Shown here: positions 37,929-38,845 of the stretch, piece after piece
How the letters are laid out: each line of letters starts with the position of its first letter
Position numbering within the stretch: position 1 is the first letter of the stretch
Origin: Arcobacteraceae bacterium
Lineage (GTDB): Bacteria; Campylobacterota; Campylobacteria; Campylobacterales; Arcobacteraceae
NCBI GenBank assembly: GCA_965224485.1
Contig: CBDCZH010000024.1
Span: forward strand, 1-38,845
Direction: 5' to 3'
Length of the DNA stretch: 38,845 nt
The notes under the pieces: generated by a model
The model's input: only the letters and a program-made list of their open reading frames with translations
Told to the model about the DNA's origin: nothing
Database searches by the model: none
Program-made: the position numbers and the translations under genes

Positions 37929-38845
37929 ATGCAAAAAATTTGGATTTATTTAGAAAATGGAGTTTTTTTAGAAGCTAACTCTTTTGGAGCTTGCGGTACA
38001 GCTGTTGGAGAAATAGTATTTAATACATCTTTAACTGGATACCAAGAGATTATAACAGATCCATCTTATGCTGGTCAATTTATAACTTTTACAATGCCTG
38101 AAATTGGAAATGTTGGTGTAAATGAAGATGATATGGAAAGTAAAACTGCTCATTGTAAGGGTGTAATTGTAAGAAATTATCATCATGAGTATTCAAATTA
38201 CCGAGCACAAAATGATTTAGATTCTTTGTTAAAAGAACATAATGTTTTAGGTATTTGTGATATCGATACAAGATATTTAACTAAAATAGTAAGAAATGAA
38301 GGTGCTATGATGATGATAGCTTCAAGTGAAGTTTCATCTAAAAATGAGTTAAAAAAACTTTTAGATGAAGCTCCTAGAATTGAAGATATTAATTATATTA
38401 AAGAAGTAAGTACTAAAGTCACTTATATTCATAAATATGGTGCTTGGAATCATGAAGAAAAAACTTACAATAAAGCTATGATGAGTGAAAAAAAGATTGT
38501 AGTAATTGATTTTGGTGTTAAAAGAAATATTTTAAATGAATTAGTTCAAGTTGGTTTAGAAGTTGAAGTAATTCCATCTGATTTTAAAGCTAGTGATTTA
38601 ATCAAAAGATTCAATGACAAAGAAATAGGTGGAATATTTTTATCAAATGGTCCAGGTGATCCTTTAACTCTAAGTGCTGAAAAAGAAGAAGTAGTCAAAC
38701 TAACTTCATCTGGTATCCCAATTTTTGCAATTTGTCTAGGTCATCAAATGTTATCAATAGCTCACGGTTATGATACTTATAAGCTTAAGTTTGGTCAACA
38801 TGGTGGTAACCATCCAGTTGCAAATGAAAACAGAATTGTAGAAAT
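37929..38845 (+). CDS. carA: Carbamoyl-phosphate synthase small subunit (partial, runs off the right edge)
   Basis: ATG at 37929; GEIVFNTSLTGYQEIITDPSYAGQ, DFGVKRNIL, LSNGPGDP, ICLGHQ, KFGQHGGNHPV. Confidence 0.97.
   Translation, partial: MQKIWIYLENGVFLEANSFGACGTAVGEIVFNTSLTGYQEIITDPSYAGQFITFTMPEIGNVGVNEDDMESKTAHCKGVIVRNYHHEYSNYRAQNDLDSLLKEHNVLGICDIDTRYLTKIVRNEGAMMMIASSEVSSKNELKKLLDEAPRIEDINYIKEVSTKVTYIHKYGAWNHEEKTYNKAMMSEKKIVVIDFGVKRNILNELVQVGLEVEVIPSDFKASDLIKRFNDKEIGGIFLSNGPGDPLTLSAEKEEVVKLTSSGIPIFAICLGHQMLSIAHGYDTYKLKFGQHGGNHPVANENRIVE

Overview
Very AT-rich bacterial chromosome segment, most consistent with Campylobacterota, probably Arcobacteraceae (inferred from gene order and HQW-type kinase H-box; no database search was run). 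Left to right: (1) a Lap/Bap-like type I secretion locus, with the 5' part of a giant Ig-like repeat adhesin running off the left edge, HlyD, ABC transporter, a TolC with a C-terminal SPOR-like extension and a divergent orphan OmpR-type regulator. (2) Housekeeping genes: PhnA-domain protein, glucosaminidase-like protein, fumC, class I fumarase, dapF, coaE, a truncated speE-like gene and purM. (3) A ~15.7 kb accessory block (16105-31851) bracketed by an 18-bp near-identical palindromic direct repeat. It holds two TpsA/TpsB two-partner secretion pairs sandwiching a TIGR03032/DUF4915-TPR gene and a stand-alone APS kinase (cysC), plus a divergent response regulator and 7TM-DISM histidine kinase. 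(4) MarR/FMN reductase/pirin module, a 44%-lysine small protein, then class V aminotransferase-hisZ-purA-DUF507-carA (carA runs off the right edge). The best candidate for an undescribed system is block 3, a possible PAPS-dependent sulfation/modification module dedicated to TPS exoproteins. A 12-codon translationally coupled mini-ORF between its two accessory genes may be the scar of a deleted gene. All family calls come from motif recognition by eye.
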